Assembly (NCBI RefSeq): GCF_018350175.1
Contig: NC_058369.1
Location: forward strand, 2,978,001 to 3,042,000
DNA: 64,000 nt
Reading direction: 5' to 3'
Source: Felis catus
Lineage: Eukaryota
The position numbers and the translations under genes were made by a program. This document shows positions 14,101 through 30,989 of the stretch, one piece after another. Within the stretch, counting starts at the first letter, position 1. Each line of letters begins with the position of its first letter. The notes beneath the pieces are model-generated. The model saw only the letters and a program-made list of their open reading frames with translations. It ran no database searches and had not been told where the DNA came from.

Positions 14101-14862
14101 GAAGCCAGAGCGAAGTCCACACCTGTCGACCCACAGATTAAGTCATTTCTCGAGACCATCAACGTGAACTCCAGTTAGGAAGAAAGAATCCCCCGACCCC
14201 TCCCAAAGACACACACACACACACAAACTTGCTTCCGGGTCATTTGTCCCCATGGCCCCTGGGACAAGAAAACGTGGCCCTGCTTCACTCACGGTCCTCG
14301 TCAGCACGGCGAGGCCCAGCAGCTAATTTGCCAAGACGGTCAGCGGTGACACCGGGGGAGACACGGCTGGGCTGCGGGCCCCGCCTTCAGGGGTGCCAAC
14401 CGAGCAGGGCACAGGATGCTGTCTGGGGCACAAGGACGCACACTCTTTCCAACGTGCAGGGCCACAAGTCGCTGGGACACCTAATGGGCCCGTCCCAGGG
14501 TGGGCAGGTGGAAGCCAAATAAATGCCCGCCTCTGGTTCCAGCCCGCCTGGCCTTGGCAGGGCCTGGTCTCCAGACCCGAAGCCCACTTGGCCACTCGCG
14601 GTCCGCATGGCCTTGGGCAAGGTGCTTCCCTCCTCTCAGCCCCCGCTTCCTCATAAAGTGGGGATGACGACCACGCCCCCCTTGTGAGCGACATCTATAA
14701 TTTATACAAACTGCACCACAGCCTGTGCGGCATCCAGTGCCTTTAATTCCTCATTTCATGTTATCTCCAAGCACCTTCTGGATCGTTACATACAGCGGCG
14801 CTGTCCCAGATGACAGCCACCGGCCACACGGTGGCCCGCCAAGCCGGTCCAAACGGAGATGT

Positions 14863-15547
14863 GGAGCACCGCGGGTGGCTCAGTCGGTTAAGGTTCCGAC
14901 TCTTGATTTTGGCTCAGGTCACAATCTCCTGGTTTGTGAGATCGAGCCCCGTGTCCTGCCCCAGTTTTGTGCTGGCAGCATGGGGCCTGCTTGGGATTCT
15001 GTCTCTCCTTCTCTCTGCTCCTCCCTCCCTCCCTCCCTCCCTCCCTCCCCCAAAGTAAATAAATAAATATTAAAAAAACAAAAACAAAAACTGAGATGTG
15101 TTGTCAGCTTCTAGAAACACACCAGATTTCAAAGCTTCACAGAAAAACAGCAGCAGAATTTTTCCTTCGTAATTTTTACCGCACAAGCAAAAAGGTCATA
15201 CTTCGATCTATTGGCTTAAATAAAATGTATTAAAATTATTAAAATTGACACAGCCTCTACCAAATTTCAATATACTTCCTACGTGGCGAACATTATACAG
15301 GTTGCCTGGCTCTTTTTTCTCTTTTGTTCTTCTAATTCTTTTTTAATGTTTTTATTTATTTTTGAGAGAGAGAGACAGAGTACAAGCTGGGGAGGGGCAG
15401 AGAGAGAGGGAGACACAGAATCCGAAGCAGGCTCCGGGCTCTGAGCTGTCAGCACAGACCCTGACGTGGGGCTCGAAGTCACGAACTGCGAGATCGTGCC
15501 CTGAGCTGAAGTCGGAGGCTTAACCGACAGAGCCGCCCTGACGCCCC
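14863..15547. mobile_element. Two convergent CanSINEs (+ 14863-15087; - 15320-15547)
   Basis: SINEC consensus; second copy flanked by a tgcctggctcttt duplication. Confidence 0.88.
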
Positions 15548-16530
15548 TGCCTGGCTCTTTGTTAATGGCTGCATAATATTCCATCTACGGGGGCGGTGGT
15601 TCCGTGGCAGCCACTGAAGAGGCTCCCCGTCCTTTGTCCATATAAATCGTTACAGCAACTCTCCCTGCTCTCAGGCCACGGGGTCCGCACGCGTACACAC
15701 TCCCACTGAATCAGTTCCTAACAGTGCAAATAGCGGATTAAGGGGAATATACACAGGACGTGTATATTTCCTTCGTATTTCCTTCGGACTTCTGCCGAGC
15801 CACCCTCGGGAGAAACACATTTTCAACAAGAATGAGGTTTGGGGGAGGAGGGGGGGAGCTCCATTCTCTACCACGCTGTTAAGGAAATTCCTAGAGGAGG
15901 GACTTCAGAATCCCAAACGGGCCTGAAATACTTTCTCAGCCAAGGCCTGATGCACGGCTCAGTTATTTACATTCCCTTTTGGTGACATCATAGGGCTGGT
16001 CAGCAGCGAACTCACCAAATAAGGTCTGAGGCTCCGGCAAGAAAAAAAAAAAAGGATGATGTCTGGCTAGTCCAAGGCAGGGGTGCTCCCGGGGACAGGA
16101 AGTCAGCTGCCTGGCTGGAACGGGAAACCTCCTCTCTTTCCCACAAGAATGCTAACCAACGGGCAGGGATGTGGGCCCAGACAGGGGGCCTCTCCTGGCA
16201 ACGTGCAAGGGAATCGGTCACCTCCCTCAAGAAAGGATTAAACAGAGGGACAGACCTTTACCACCTACCGCTCTGTCTCACGCCACACGGCAGGCACTCT
16301 GTCAGGGGCTCCATGTGCTTGATATGTTTCCGCAAGCGAAAGGCACAGAGAATGTCAGAGCAAGAATTTGCGGACGGGGCCGCCTGACCCCAGAGCCCAA
16401 ATTCCTTCTACCAGCACACGGCACTGACTCATCCCGTCTTGGAGGGTAGGAAAGAGGACAGGAGGGGAGACGCCATCCAGAAAACCCCGCAACGCCTCCC
16501 TCCCGCCCCCGAGGCCCGCGCAGAGCTCAC

Positions 16531-16592
16531 CTGCCCAGCTCCTCCCCCATCTCATAGTAGTCCTCCACATCTTCCTGCCTGAATGTTGACAT
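16531..16592 (-). CDS. DAPK3: DAPK3 exon 2 coding part (MSTFRQEDVEDYYEMGEELGS); whole exon 16531-16673
   Basis: ccaccATG at 16592; donor AG|gtgag; acceptor tctcctccag before 16673; 62 nt. Confidence 0.96.
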
Positions 16593-17399
16593 GGTGGTCG
16601 GTCGGCCTTCCGGTGCCTTCCCCTCCAGTGAAAGGCCGGAGACACGATCTCAGGGAGTCCCTTAGCTGTGACCCTGGAGGAGACAGGGCAATAGGGAAGA
16701 CGTGAGATGCCAGCCATTTCTCCTAGGGAAGAACAACCTGCCCCCCACCCACTCCCCGAGATAGGTTCCACGCTCCTCACAGAAGGCACATGCATGTGGC
16801 GCGCGGGGTACTTTCCTGCGTTAGCGCACTTACACACCCCACCACCCAAAAGGGTGGCAACCCCACCGTGCCACCTTGGCCCCGTAACTCCGCCAGACCC
16901 GGACCTCTGGCTCCCCACACACTGCCCCAGCCTTTCTCTGCCTCTCCTTCCTAGGTTTCTCCCAACCTGCTCAGCCAAAGCCCACCCCTACGTTCCTGCA
17001 AGTTCCCCCACACTCGTCACTCCCTCACTCCTACCCAATTTGCTAAGGTGCTCCAGTCCCGACACCCACCTCCCTGCCCATCAGCCACGTTAACCCCTCC
17101 TCGGCCTCACCCATTCCCCCCACAAACCCCCTGACCGCCCCAGATCTCCTAAGACCTTGCGCGGCCGTGTGCTTCCCCCCAATCCTGAATTCCTCAGGAA
17201 CTGAACAATGGCTTCCAAGCCCCTGCAAGGTCCCTGCCCGCCCTTGCCTCCCGCTGACGTCCACCGCCCCAAGGAGACTAACTCTTCCCCGCTCCTCCCA
17301 GGCACCCCTCCAGGTACCAGAGGCTCCCCAGCCCGTCTCCCCGGCCACATCTGAGAGTCCCCTCCGTTGTCCTCTCCCCCAACCTTCGCACACGCTCTA

Positions 17400-18110
17400 G
17401 GGCAGGCCCCTCCAAGGTCTCTCCCAGCCCCAACGACCCCGCTCCGGCGTCCCCCAGGCCGCCACGCCCCTCGCGAGCCCGGACCCAGTCCTTTCCCCGG
17501 CCCGCTTATCCCAGGGGTCTCCAGACGTCCCCCCAATGGCCCCCGAAGCGCCGCCTCGGCCTCCCCAGCCCGCCGGCCACGGGCCGCGCCCGCTCCGCAC
17601 CCTCCGCGGCTCCGCGCCCCGGGCCGGCCCTCTGCCGCGCTGGCCACCGCCGCCCTCTCCAGCCCAGCCACCGCGGCCGCCGGGACGCGCCGACCTGCGT
17701 GACGTCACCGCGCCCGCCGGGGCCCGCCCTCGGGAGGCGGGTCCCGCCGCCCATTAGTCAGCGCGCCCGCCGCTCGTGACGTCCCGCCCCACCCGCTGCC
17801 TCCCAGGCCCCGCCCGCTGGCGTCGGGGCCCCCCGAACCCGGATGCCGCCTCGCCACTGGCCGCCAGGCTCGTCGTCACGCAGCACATTGGCTGGAACTA
17901 ACGTCGGTCACACTTAGGAAGTCGGAAGGCCGACTTCCGGCCCCCGGGCTGCCCCACCCGCTGTCCTCTGACCCGGGTCCTGAAGCTGAGAGGTGCGGCG
18001 CTGAAATCCCGCGACCCTCTTCCTGCCCTTCCTTGAGCAATACGTACGCGAACGCAAAGCCCAGCTCCCGCCTGGCCGCTCCTGGGGTGGACACCCCCGG
18101 GGCCGCTTTA
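17400..18110 (-). promoter_or_regulatory. DAPK3 CpG-island promoter; probable non-coding exon 1 ~17601-17700
   Basis: High CpG density; full CRE TGACGTCA 17700-17707; near-CRE 17777-17784; GC boxes; ETS ACTTCCGG 17933-17940; candidate donor AGG|gtgcgg at 17600 is tentative. Confidence 0.75.
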
Positions 18111-18239
18111 GTCCCTGAGTTGCAGCTTCCTCTTCTGTGAAATGTTACCCCCATTCCAAATACACAAAAATGCAAATGAGGCCAGTCCGGTGTCCCCTGT
18201 CGTGCTTGATCCTTGACTCCCATGGTTTCCCGATAGGTG

Positions 18240-19000
18240 CTACAACAGCTAGTTAGTACGTACCGAACTATGTTACTATTTCTCCCGTTCTACAGATGGG
18301 GAAGCTGAGACCCAGAGAGGTTAAGTAACCCACCCAAAGTCAAACAGCCAGTAGATGGCATAGCTGAGATTCATTCCCGGAAAGACCCGAACCCAAAGCC
18401 ACCTGACAGAAGACCCCGTCTTTTGACTTTCACCAACCACCCTGACCTCATGCCATTACCATGTCTCCTGATTGAATCGTTACATCTTACATAAGTCTGG
18501 TACACCTGTCACCGCTGGAGAACCAACACTAACACATTATCCTAACCAAGTCCACACTTCATTCAGATTTGTTTTCCCTAATGTCCTTTCTCTGCCTCAG
18601 AACCCCATCCAGGACTCCCCCCCCCCCCCCCCCGCCGTGATATTTAGTCCTTAGAGTCCTCTGGCTGTGAGCTTCTCACACTTTCCTTTTTTGAGGACTT
18701 TGGTGGCAGTTTCAAGGAGTACTGGTCAGGTATTTTGTAGAATGTCCCTCAACTGAATTTGTCTGGTGTGGTTTTCGGACACTGGGGTGATGGGTTTTAG
18801 GGAGGAAGACCACAGAGGTCAAGTGCCCTTCCCGTGACACCTTAACAAGGCTCCGGAACATCAACAGGACATCACTGTTGATGTTGACCTGGGTCACCTG
18901 GTTCTAGGCAGGGTTTGTCAGGTTGCTCCAGAATTCGTTCTTCTTTCTGCCTTTCCCATACTGCATTCTAAGTTACTTATGCAAAGCCCGTACTTAGGAG
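18240..19000. mobile_element. MIR (~18240-18400) and antisense L1MC-like fragment (~18480-19000)
   Basis: tacagatggggaagctgagacccagagaggttaagtaac; aggagtactggtcaggtattttgtagaatgtccctcaa. Confidence 0.7.
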
Positions 19001-19009
19001 TTGGGACAT

Positions 19010-20325
19010 CATTTTTCTTGGGGTGAAAAAAAAGGCCTGACAAGCTATAGGAAATTAGACTTGGGCACGTGGCAGACATTTTCTCACAAATGAACAAATC
19101 AAGGGGCGCCTGGGTGGCACAGTCGGTTAAGCGTCCGACTTCAGCCAGGTCACGATCTCACGGTCTGTGAGTTCCAGCCCCGCGTCGGGCTCTGGGCTGA
19201 CAGCTCAGAGCCTGGAGCCTGTTTCCAATTCTGTGTCTCCCTCTCTCTCTGCCCCTCCCCCGTTCATGCTCTGTCTCTCTCTGTCCCAAAAATAAATAAA
19301 CGTTGAAAAAAAAAATTAAAAAAAAAAAATGAACAAATCAAACCTCTCTGGGGCACCTGGGTGGCTCAGTCGGTTAAGCATCCGACTTCAGCTCAGGACA
19401 TGATCTCACAGTTCGTGAGTTCGAGCCCCATGTCAGGCTCTGTGCTGACCGCTCGGGAGCCCGGAACCTGCTTCAGATCTTGTGACTCCCGCTCTCTCGG
19501 ACCCTGTCCTGCTCAAGCTTGATCTCAAAATTAAATGTTAAAAAAAAAGGGGGGGGGGGGGCGCCTGGGTGGCTCAGTTGGTTAAGCGTCTGACTTCAGC
19601 TCAGGTCGTATCTCGCAGTTTGGGGGTTTGAGCCCCACGTCAGGCTCTGTGCTATCAGCTCAGAGCCTGGAGCCTGCTTTGGATTCATTCTGTGTCTCCC
19701 TCTCTCTCTGCCTGTCCCTAACTTGCACTCTTTCTCTCTCAAAAATAAACAAACACTTAAAAATAAATAAATAAATGTTTAAAAAAATTTTTTTTAAAGT
19801 CACTCTTGATTTCGGCTCAGGTCACGACCTCATGGTTCGAGTGTCTAAGCACCATGTCGGGACTCCATGCTGGCAGTGCAGAGCCTACTTGGGATTCTCC
19901 AAACTTAAAAAGAAACCAAAACCGTCACTTTAAGGGAAACAAGTGACCGTATTTGTCGCCAATGGTAAATTCGAGCTTTTAAGCAAAAAATGAAAAATCT
20001 CAAAACTTGCTTGACCGTTTCCTGCCTGATAGCCAGCACTTCTCTGATGAAATCGCTGTTAACGAATGTGACCTTTCGATATTTTTTAATGAAATGTGCC
20101 AACAGCCGTTAGAGCAGCAAACTTGACATTATGCCATCATTTCCAAGTAACCAAGACACGAGGTCACGAAATCGTGCAGCGGGGAAAGGACGCTTTCAAA
20201 GCGCAAGATGGGCCAGTGGTGTTTCGTGCAACAGTATGAAAAGCTCCTCAACGGGGTTCCAGATACCACGCTGTAATTGCTCTTTAAGGAATTACCCCCG
20301 GTTGGGGGCGGCCTGGCGGGGAGGG
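19010..20325 (+). mobile_element. Charlie1-like hAT transposase fossil interrupted by four CanSINEs (19102-19910)
   Basis: agacttgggcacgtggcagacattttctcacaaatgaac continues after the SINEs as gtcactttaagggaaacaagtgaccgtatttgtcgccaatggtaaattcgagc; TSD aaatgaacaaatcaa on the first SINE. Confidence 0.75.
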
Positions 20326-21607
20326 TGGGGGGGCCTCAGTCCTGACCTAGAGCAAGAAGAACCACACAAAATCAGTACAACGAAAACAGTGAACGATACA
20401 CACAGACACCTACTTGCGACACGTCCGTGCTTGGGTGTGATTACAGACCTCATGTTGCCAGGTCAACCCTGCAAATGGAATTCCACACTTGACAGAAAAT
20501 GCACGCGGACAGAGGTGCAGGATTAGCAAGCCAAGGACCACAGGTGGCGTATGAATTTATAGTCGGTTTAAACTTAAAACACACTTCAAGTTTCTATTTA
20601 GGACAGTGGTGTCTTTGACAAAATTACTGGATATTAAAAATGTGCAAAACTAAATGCCATGTGGCATCCTGGGTCGGACCCTGAAACAGTGTAGAGAACT
20701 TCCACCGAAAACCAAGAACACCATTGGTCACTTAGCACATTTCTCTAACATCTTTGCGAACTTTTCTCTAAGTATAAAAACTATTCAAAAACAAGCGTAG
20801 CTTATAAAAGCGCACAAAATACTTGCGTGCGTGTCAAGCACATTATGTTTTGAAGTAACGTTTCCCAATGTGAATGACCTTTGCTGTTGGAAGGTGCTGG
20901 GGTCCGAGACTGAACCAGACAACTCACACGTGCGGTGCTGTCCCATGCAGTCCTGACATCCATCATCCCAGGCTCCTTCTAAACGTTGATGGGGTCCCCT
21001 ACACTGGTGACCCAGAATACCTCCCGAACTTCCACAGCAGCTCCCCACAGGGCAGCGTCACTGTTGAAACAATGTATCCCGGATGTTCCTTATGCAAGAG
21101 GCACCGGTTAGTAGGAAGATCTTAGTCCTACGCTGCCTAGAATTTCACGTTTAAGGTTAAAAGTCTAATGCCCAATGTTACTTTTTCTGAACAGGACAAG
21201 CGACCTGGCAGCAGACTGTTCTGTGGTGTCCCCTCGCTGCAGTCACGTCCGAGCCGACCACGATGGAGAAGGCAGCTCCGGCCCCATCAGATCACAGCAG
21301 TGGATTTACAAGGTCACCAAGTCAGGGCCCATTTCAAGCGCCCAGCAGGCGGGGGCCATGGTGGGCGGCTGTCCCCCTGCACGGGGTAGGTGTGAGGCTC
21401 CACCATCGTGGCGTGTCCCAAGGACAACAGATGTGACAGATGGGAGCCCTGTGTGACTGCTGGATGGGCCTGGCACCTGGGCCTGGCATCTGAAAGGGGG
21501 TACTTCAAGGTCAGCTCCGGCCTTCTGTGTGGCAGCACTCGGGAGCCGCCGCGGGCTGACCGGACAAGGAACCACGTGGACACATACACAGTCACCACCA
21601 TATCAAA

Positions 21608-21613
21608 TTTATT
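21608..21613 (-). terminator. EEF2 polyadenylation signal AATAAA
   Basis: AATAAA ~510 nt after the stop, followed by a GU-rich tract (gtgactgtgtatgtgt). Confidence 0.85.
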
Positions 21614-22125
21614 ATTCCAATGGCACTAATACAGCTGGGGGTGCTCACGGTGACACTGCACAAAGTTTCCTGCCTTCTAGCTTCTGTCCAAAGATAAAGG
21701 TCTACCCGCTTGTTCCTTCCCCCTTTCTGGAGGAAAATCCACTACGGGCCATTTACCCAAATAAACCTCTTAATGCGTTTTGTTTTGTTTTTTTTTTTTT
21801 GGACATTTGAGTTTCTGAAATGGAAAAAAAAAAAACTGTTGAGTGTCCCATCCCACCTCCCCCACCCCCACCGGCCAAATAAGTCCCTGCTGCCAGGGCA
21901 TTTCTGTTGCCTCTGATATCTTGAAATAAATATCGAAAGAAACGGCATCGAGTGTTCACGTTGAGTGATGGCACAGAGTGGGCCCCAGAACCCGTCAGGC
22001 GGAGCGTCACTGTGGACAGTCTCGAGGTGTCATGGAGAACGCGAGGGCTTACGTGGTCGATCGTCAGCCGGGTGCAGGGGCTGTGCGGAGTCCCACCCGG
22101 GAGGGCGGGCTGCAGGGAGGGCGGC

Positions 22126-22338
<213 letters not shown>

Positions 22339-22713
22339 TCACCGGCGGGCTCGCTGCCACCGTGGCAACGCCCGGGAGGAGACACTGGGCACGTGGAGAT
22401 CAGAGCCCAGTCACCCCGACCGAGTCACGCTAATGTGAACGCTACCCTGTATCTCGCCTGGGCCCTGCACCAAGACCGCTCGTTGGTAAGGGACACAGAG
22501 CTGGCCACTCGGGGGCCTCCCTCTGCCCACCCACAGTACGAACCCGAGCTACGTGCTGCTGGCTTCCATCTTGGCGGCAGGTTACCCACCCAAATCGTCT
22601 CCCCCTGCAAATTCACCACGTCCACGTGATGCTGAGCAGACCATGTGATCCCCCACAAGCGTGCCGTGCCCACCTCCAACAGGCAATAGTTTGCGGGCTC
22701 CATCAGTGTCTCA

Positions 22714-22956
<243 letters not shown>

Positions 22957-23034
22957 TCAGGAACGAATGACTGTTCTTAGCAGCTGTCGAGCAAGACAAG
23001 ACCCAAGAACAGTCGAAGGACCAGGCCCCCCTAC

Positions 23035-23217
23035 CTGAATCTCCACAAGGTAGATCGGCTCCATGAGACGGGGCTGGGCGGTCAACACGCTGGCATAGAG
23101 ACAGCGCCGGGCAGTGGGGATGATCTGGCCGCCGCCGCGGTGGATGGCGTCCGCGTGCAAGGTCACGTCGTGGACGTCGAAGCGCACGCCCCGCATGTTC
23201 TCCTCGCACAGGGCTCC
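23035..23217 (-). CDS. EEF2: EEF2 exon 13 with diphthamide His715 (codon 23140-23142)
   Basis: [15 protein letters not shown]; cag/gtagg; 183 nt. Confidence 0.99.
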
Positions 23218-23244
23218 CTGCACAAAAGGGCGTGACCGCCATCA

Positions 23245-23979
<735 letters not shown>

Positions 23980-24157
23980 TCAGTTCCTTTGCCAAAGCAG
24001 GAAATGAGTATCAGAGCACCCAGAAGCCAGGGTGACCACGGTGACCTAACCGTCTGCCACCTTCAGAATCTCCGGTTAGAAACAGCTTTTAAAACAGCAG
24101 AACCCTCACGCTCCAACGTGTGACTTTGCACAGCAGACATATGCTACCGGTTTCCTA

Positions 24158-24424
<267 letters not shown>

Positions 24425-24675
24425 CTACAACGGATGGAGGATCAGCCCCCGGCCCTGACCCCAGGACACTCAGAACCCAGGAAGTTCCAGACCGATGGGT
24501 GGAAAGCAGGCTCCAGAAGCCCTCTAGCTGGAGAAGGCGGCCTCCTGGACCCGGGGTTTTCAGGGAACTCCGGGCTCACGGGAAGCAAGAGCTCCCAGGT
24601 GCTTTTGCTGTTCCCAGCGTTAACCTTCCCCAATGGCCTGCCGCACGGCCAAGCCGGAGAGCTCTAAGCAGCCTA

Positions 24676-25140
<465 letters not shown>

Positions 25141-25723
25141 TCAGTGCGCCAGATGCCCTCCTTCTGGATCCCGTGGCCCCACCACCCCCAGCCTCAAATG
25201 GCGGTGTCATCCCCCCCCCCCCCCCTGGCCCCGGGACCCAAAGCCCTGGCTTCAGTTACAGCTGACAGTCGCGGAGGCCTCTTGCACACCAATGTGCTCA
25301 CTCCTACCTCCCGTTTAGGGCTCCACACCCGGCCCAGGGCTGACAGGAGCACCAAAGACACCTGAGAACCCGAGGCAGGCGGGGTGTGGGGGCCCCAGCA
25401 GCTGGCGGGCTGGAGGAGCTGGCCCTTCCCAACACCTGTAACCGCAGAGCTGGGAGACAGTCCGTCAGCAGGGGCCTCCTCTGGAGTCCGTGCCGGCCCT
25501 CCAGGTATGCGACCAAACTTTGGCCACCACCTCAACCTTGTGGCACGTGTGTGTCCGAGTCAGAACTACAGGTCTGCCCACTCCTTCCCAGTGCGCCCAG
25601 GTAAGCCTGTCAGCTTTGACGGTTCCTTTACTCTCTCGGGGCCGTACCACCTTCTGTCACCCATGAGGGGCGGGGGGTGGCACGGACCAGTCTGGAACAT
25701 ACCAAGAACGGCCAGGCACCTCA

Positions 25724-25972
<249 letters not shown>

Positions 25973-26055
25973 TCACCATCCCAGGATCCTGCGACCGGGA
26001 CCTTCCTACCACACGGCCACAGGCTGCTCCCACCCGGGACTGCAGGTGAACCTCA

Positions 26056-26199
<144 letters not shown>

Positions 26200-26419
26200 C
26201 TACAGGAGGGAACGGGAGGCTCAGGGACACCCCCTGCCCTCATAACCCTGAGCGCCAAGTGGCTCTAAAACACGCTCAGGTGCTGGGCTGCCCCTCCCAG
26301 AGAGCCTCCAACACCGCGGGTCTCCTGTCCACCCTACAAGTGGTGGGGCTGTGGCTCACGGACTAGGGGGCAGGGCCGGCAGCTGCCCCCCCCCCCCGCC
26401 ACTGCCTGCCCACACTCAC

Positions 26420-26533
26420 CTTCAAAAGTGGTTTGCCTTCTTTGTCTTTGTCTTCGCTGTCCAACTTGATGTCCAGCTTTTCAATCAGCTTTGCAGTCTC
26501 CTCCTTCTTGAAATTCATGATCGCGACGAATAC
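26420..26533 (-). CDS. EEF2: EEF2 exon 7 ([10 protein letters not shown]...KPLLK)
   Basis: tag/gtgag; 114 nt. Confidence 0.98.
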
Positions 26534-27040
26534 CTAACGTGGCAAAAACAATACAGCGCGTTTGGGAACATGCTGGGAAGCCTGAAGCTCCTTCCTGCCA
26601 CAGCCCACAGTGAGGGCAGTGCTGCAAAGTCCCCGCAGCCCAGCACTGAGGGCCTGGCCCAATGCAGGTCCCAGGAAAAGCAGAATACGTTGTCACAAAA
26701 CGCAAATCCGCTCTGACTGACGCGCCACGAACGTGTTCAAGTTCACGCTCCGTTCACTAAACCAGCAAAGCCCCAAGCTTGTCTCCTCTCCCCTACCTCT
26801 AAACCCCCCCGCCAGGGAGGTGGACTCCCCTCTACCTAGGAATCTGTAGCTGGCTTGTCAGGGTGCAGCCCCAGGGGCCGAACCTCTACCACTGTGCCCT
26901 CACCCTCCTCCAGCAGCCGCCCTCCAACCCGGCTGCGCCCAGCCCCAGAGCATCCGGTCACCCGCCACAGCAGGTCAGGGAACAGCTCCTCGGGACAGGC
27001 CCAAGGACAGCCCAGGAGATGCACATCCACAAAACGCTCA

Positions 27041-27316
<276 letters not shown>

Positions 27317-27332
27317 TCACACGTGGCGCTCA

Positions 27333-27649
<317 letters not shown>

Positions 27650-27786
27650 AGACCCAGCTCTGCTCATCCCCTGGGGGTGGGAGGACCACTAACCCTGAGG
27701 GCACGGTCTGCAAGCAGAGCAAACTACCCCACTGCTTCCCCAAAAGAAGTTAAGTTTCAAAAACGGTCCAACCCCATTCTTGGTCA

Positions 27787-28633
<847 letters not shown>

Positions 28634-29374
28634 TCACTCAGCGACTGGGGTTCAAATCTAGAAAGAACACTGAAATTTCTTTCCTCTCCCTGGAGGCTTT
28701 AGACTCCCCTCGCCGAAGCCACCGCCCTCCGCGGAGCAGGCCCACCTCCCCACTACCAGCTGTAAAGACCAGCTCCTTGGAGCCGACCCGTCCAGCCCCC
28801 TCATCCTGGCTCAACACCCTGGACTCTAAACCTGGACCAGGTGACCCCAGACCACCTTTCACCCTTGCCCCCATCCACTCCCAACTGAAAGGAGCCTCAG
28901 GACCAACAAGCCAGGCGAGTCTCGCGAGTTACCGACGAAAGACAAATGACAAACGGTGGTTACGGTCAGTTTGCTTGGGTGTCACCGTGGTCAGCTGGGG
29001 CTAGAGAAGTCACTTGGGGACGCCCTACGCAAGCGGGCTGTTTGACAGCATCCCGACCACCCAGGAGCATGCTCCCAGACTTCTCCAGGCAGTGCCCCAA
29101 GAGCCCCTCGGCCTGGAAACGGGGACGCCCAGGGGCAAGCCCCCTCCCTCCCCGACACCAGCCAACCACCCCTGGGCCTCTCTGGTGGCGGCAGCTTCCC
29201 TTCACCAGACCGAACCCCCCCCCCCACTCGTCGTTCAAAAACCCAGCCCCCAGGGTGTTCAAATCCTCCCCCAGCAGCCTCGGGAACAAGCCGGTGCCTG
29301 CTGTCTGGGCCCCCCACCCGCCCAGGACCTGGGTGAGCACCTCCCCTCCCCTCTGCAGAGGGCACCAAGGCTCA

Positions 29375-29782
<408 letters not shown>

Positions 29783-30605
29783 TCACTTAGAAGCAAACAT
29801 CCAGATCGAGGGCCGGGGAAACGGCCCACAAGTGACGGGATACACCTGTCCGAGGGCTGTGACAGCTCCGTCAAGCGTAAGGGAGAGTCAATACTCCCCC
29901 GAGAACCCCAGCCCTGTAACCGCAGGAGTCCTCCCCAGCGTCCCCCAAAGGGTGTCTTTGAGACCCAAGGTCACCCTGCACCTGGGGGTCAGACCGGGCC
30001 ACCCACCCCAAGGGGTTTCCACCCACGCCTCCCCCGGGGGTGCGGACAGCTGGCACAGCCCCAGCGACGCGCCAGCCTCCGTTTCCCCGCTCCCCTGTCA
30101 GCCTTTGACGGTTTGGACGCGCGGGGAGGACAAGACGCCGGACCAACGTCACACAGCGTTAAGAGAAGAGCTTTTTCAAGAGGTCCTCGGCTCCCCGTTT
30201 TCCCACCTCGCTACCACCCGCGGCACCCGACGGAACACCAACTCCGGCTCGCGACCCGCGGGTTACATAAGGCGGCTCCCCTCGCCCCGCTCCACACGGC
30301 GCCCGCCATTACAGCATCTGCCACATCATCATACCCCCCTCCCCCCCCCCCCCGCCCCAACTCTGCCCCAGCTCCCAGCCGGGCCCGGGGTCCCGGGAGG
30401 CGGCGGCGCCCCCGGAAGCGCGGAAGGGGCTCGGCGAACGGCGCGACGCGCAGATATGGCGGCGGCCGCTTCCCCGACCCGAGGCCCGCCGGCGCCGCCA
30501 TGTCTCCTCCAGGTCTGGGCGGCCCCGGCGCCCCAGACCCGGGAGCGCCGGTCCCGCGGAGGCCCCGCCGCCGTTCCAGGCCACCAGCCGGACAGCGTTG
30601 CTCAC

Positions 30606-30608
30606 CAT
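30606..30608 (-). CDS. EEF2: EEF2 exon 1 coding part (ATG only); exon 1 is 30606-30691
   Basis: gccaccATG|gtgag; 83-nt 5'UTR starting CTCTTCC. Confidence 0.95.
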
Positions 30609-30684
30609 GGTGGCGGATGGCGGTGGATTCTCCCAGGCAGATCCGAGCGGGGCGAGTCGCGCCAAGGATGGCGGCGACGACGGC

Positions 30685-30800
30685 GGAAGAGAACGTTGAC
30701 GTCAACACCCGACCTTTTATAGGCAGAAGCCGGTTGGGCGGGTCATCTGACCGCGCTGCGGGGGCGGGGCGAGAAGAAACGCCCTGCGCAGGCGCAAGGA
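30685..30800 (-). promoter_or_regulatory. EEF2 core promoter with TCT/5'TOP start, CRE, TATA, GC box and NRF1 site; CpG island ~30050-30900
   Basis: CTCTTCC from 30691; TGACGTCA 30697-30704; TATAAAA 30715-30721 (-30); TGCGCAGGCGCA 30785-30796. Confidence 0.9.
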
Positions 30801-30989
30801 AGCGCTCCTCCGGTTAACCCTCTAGACGCTGGTGCGGCTGCCGGAGTTCCCGGGGGCGGTGGTCTACTGGAGCTGGATGCCAGCCTCCGGAATGCGATAC
30901 TCGGGTGCAAAAAGCGCAGAGCACCGTTTTAGCTGAGACTATTAATCGGAGTAACGACATCAGCTTGCAAAATGCCAAGCACTTCTGTT

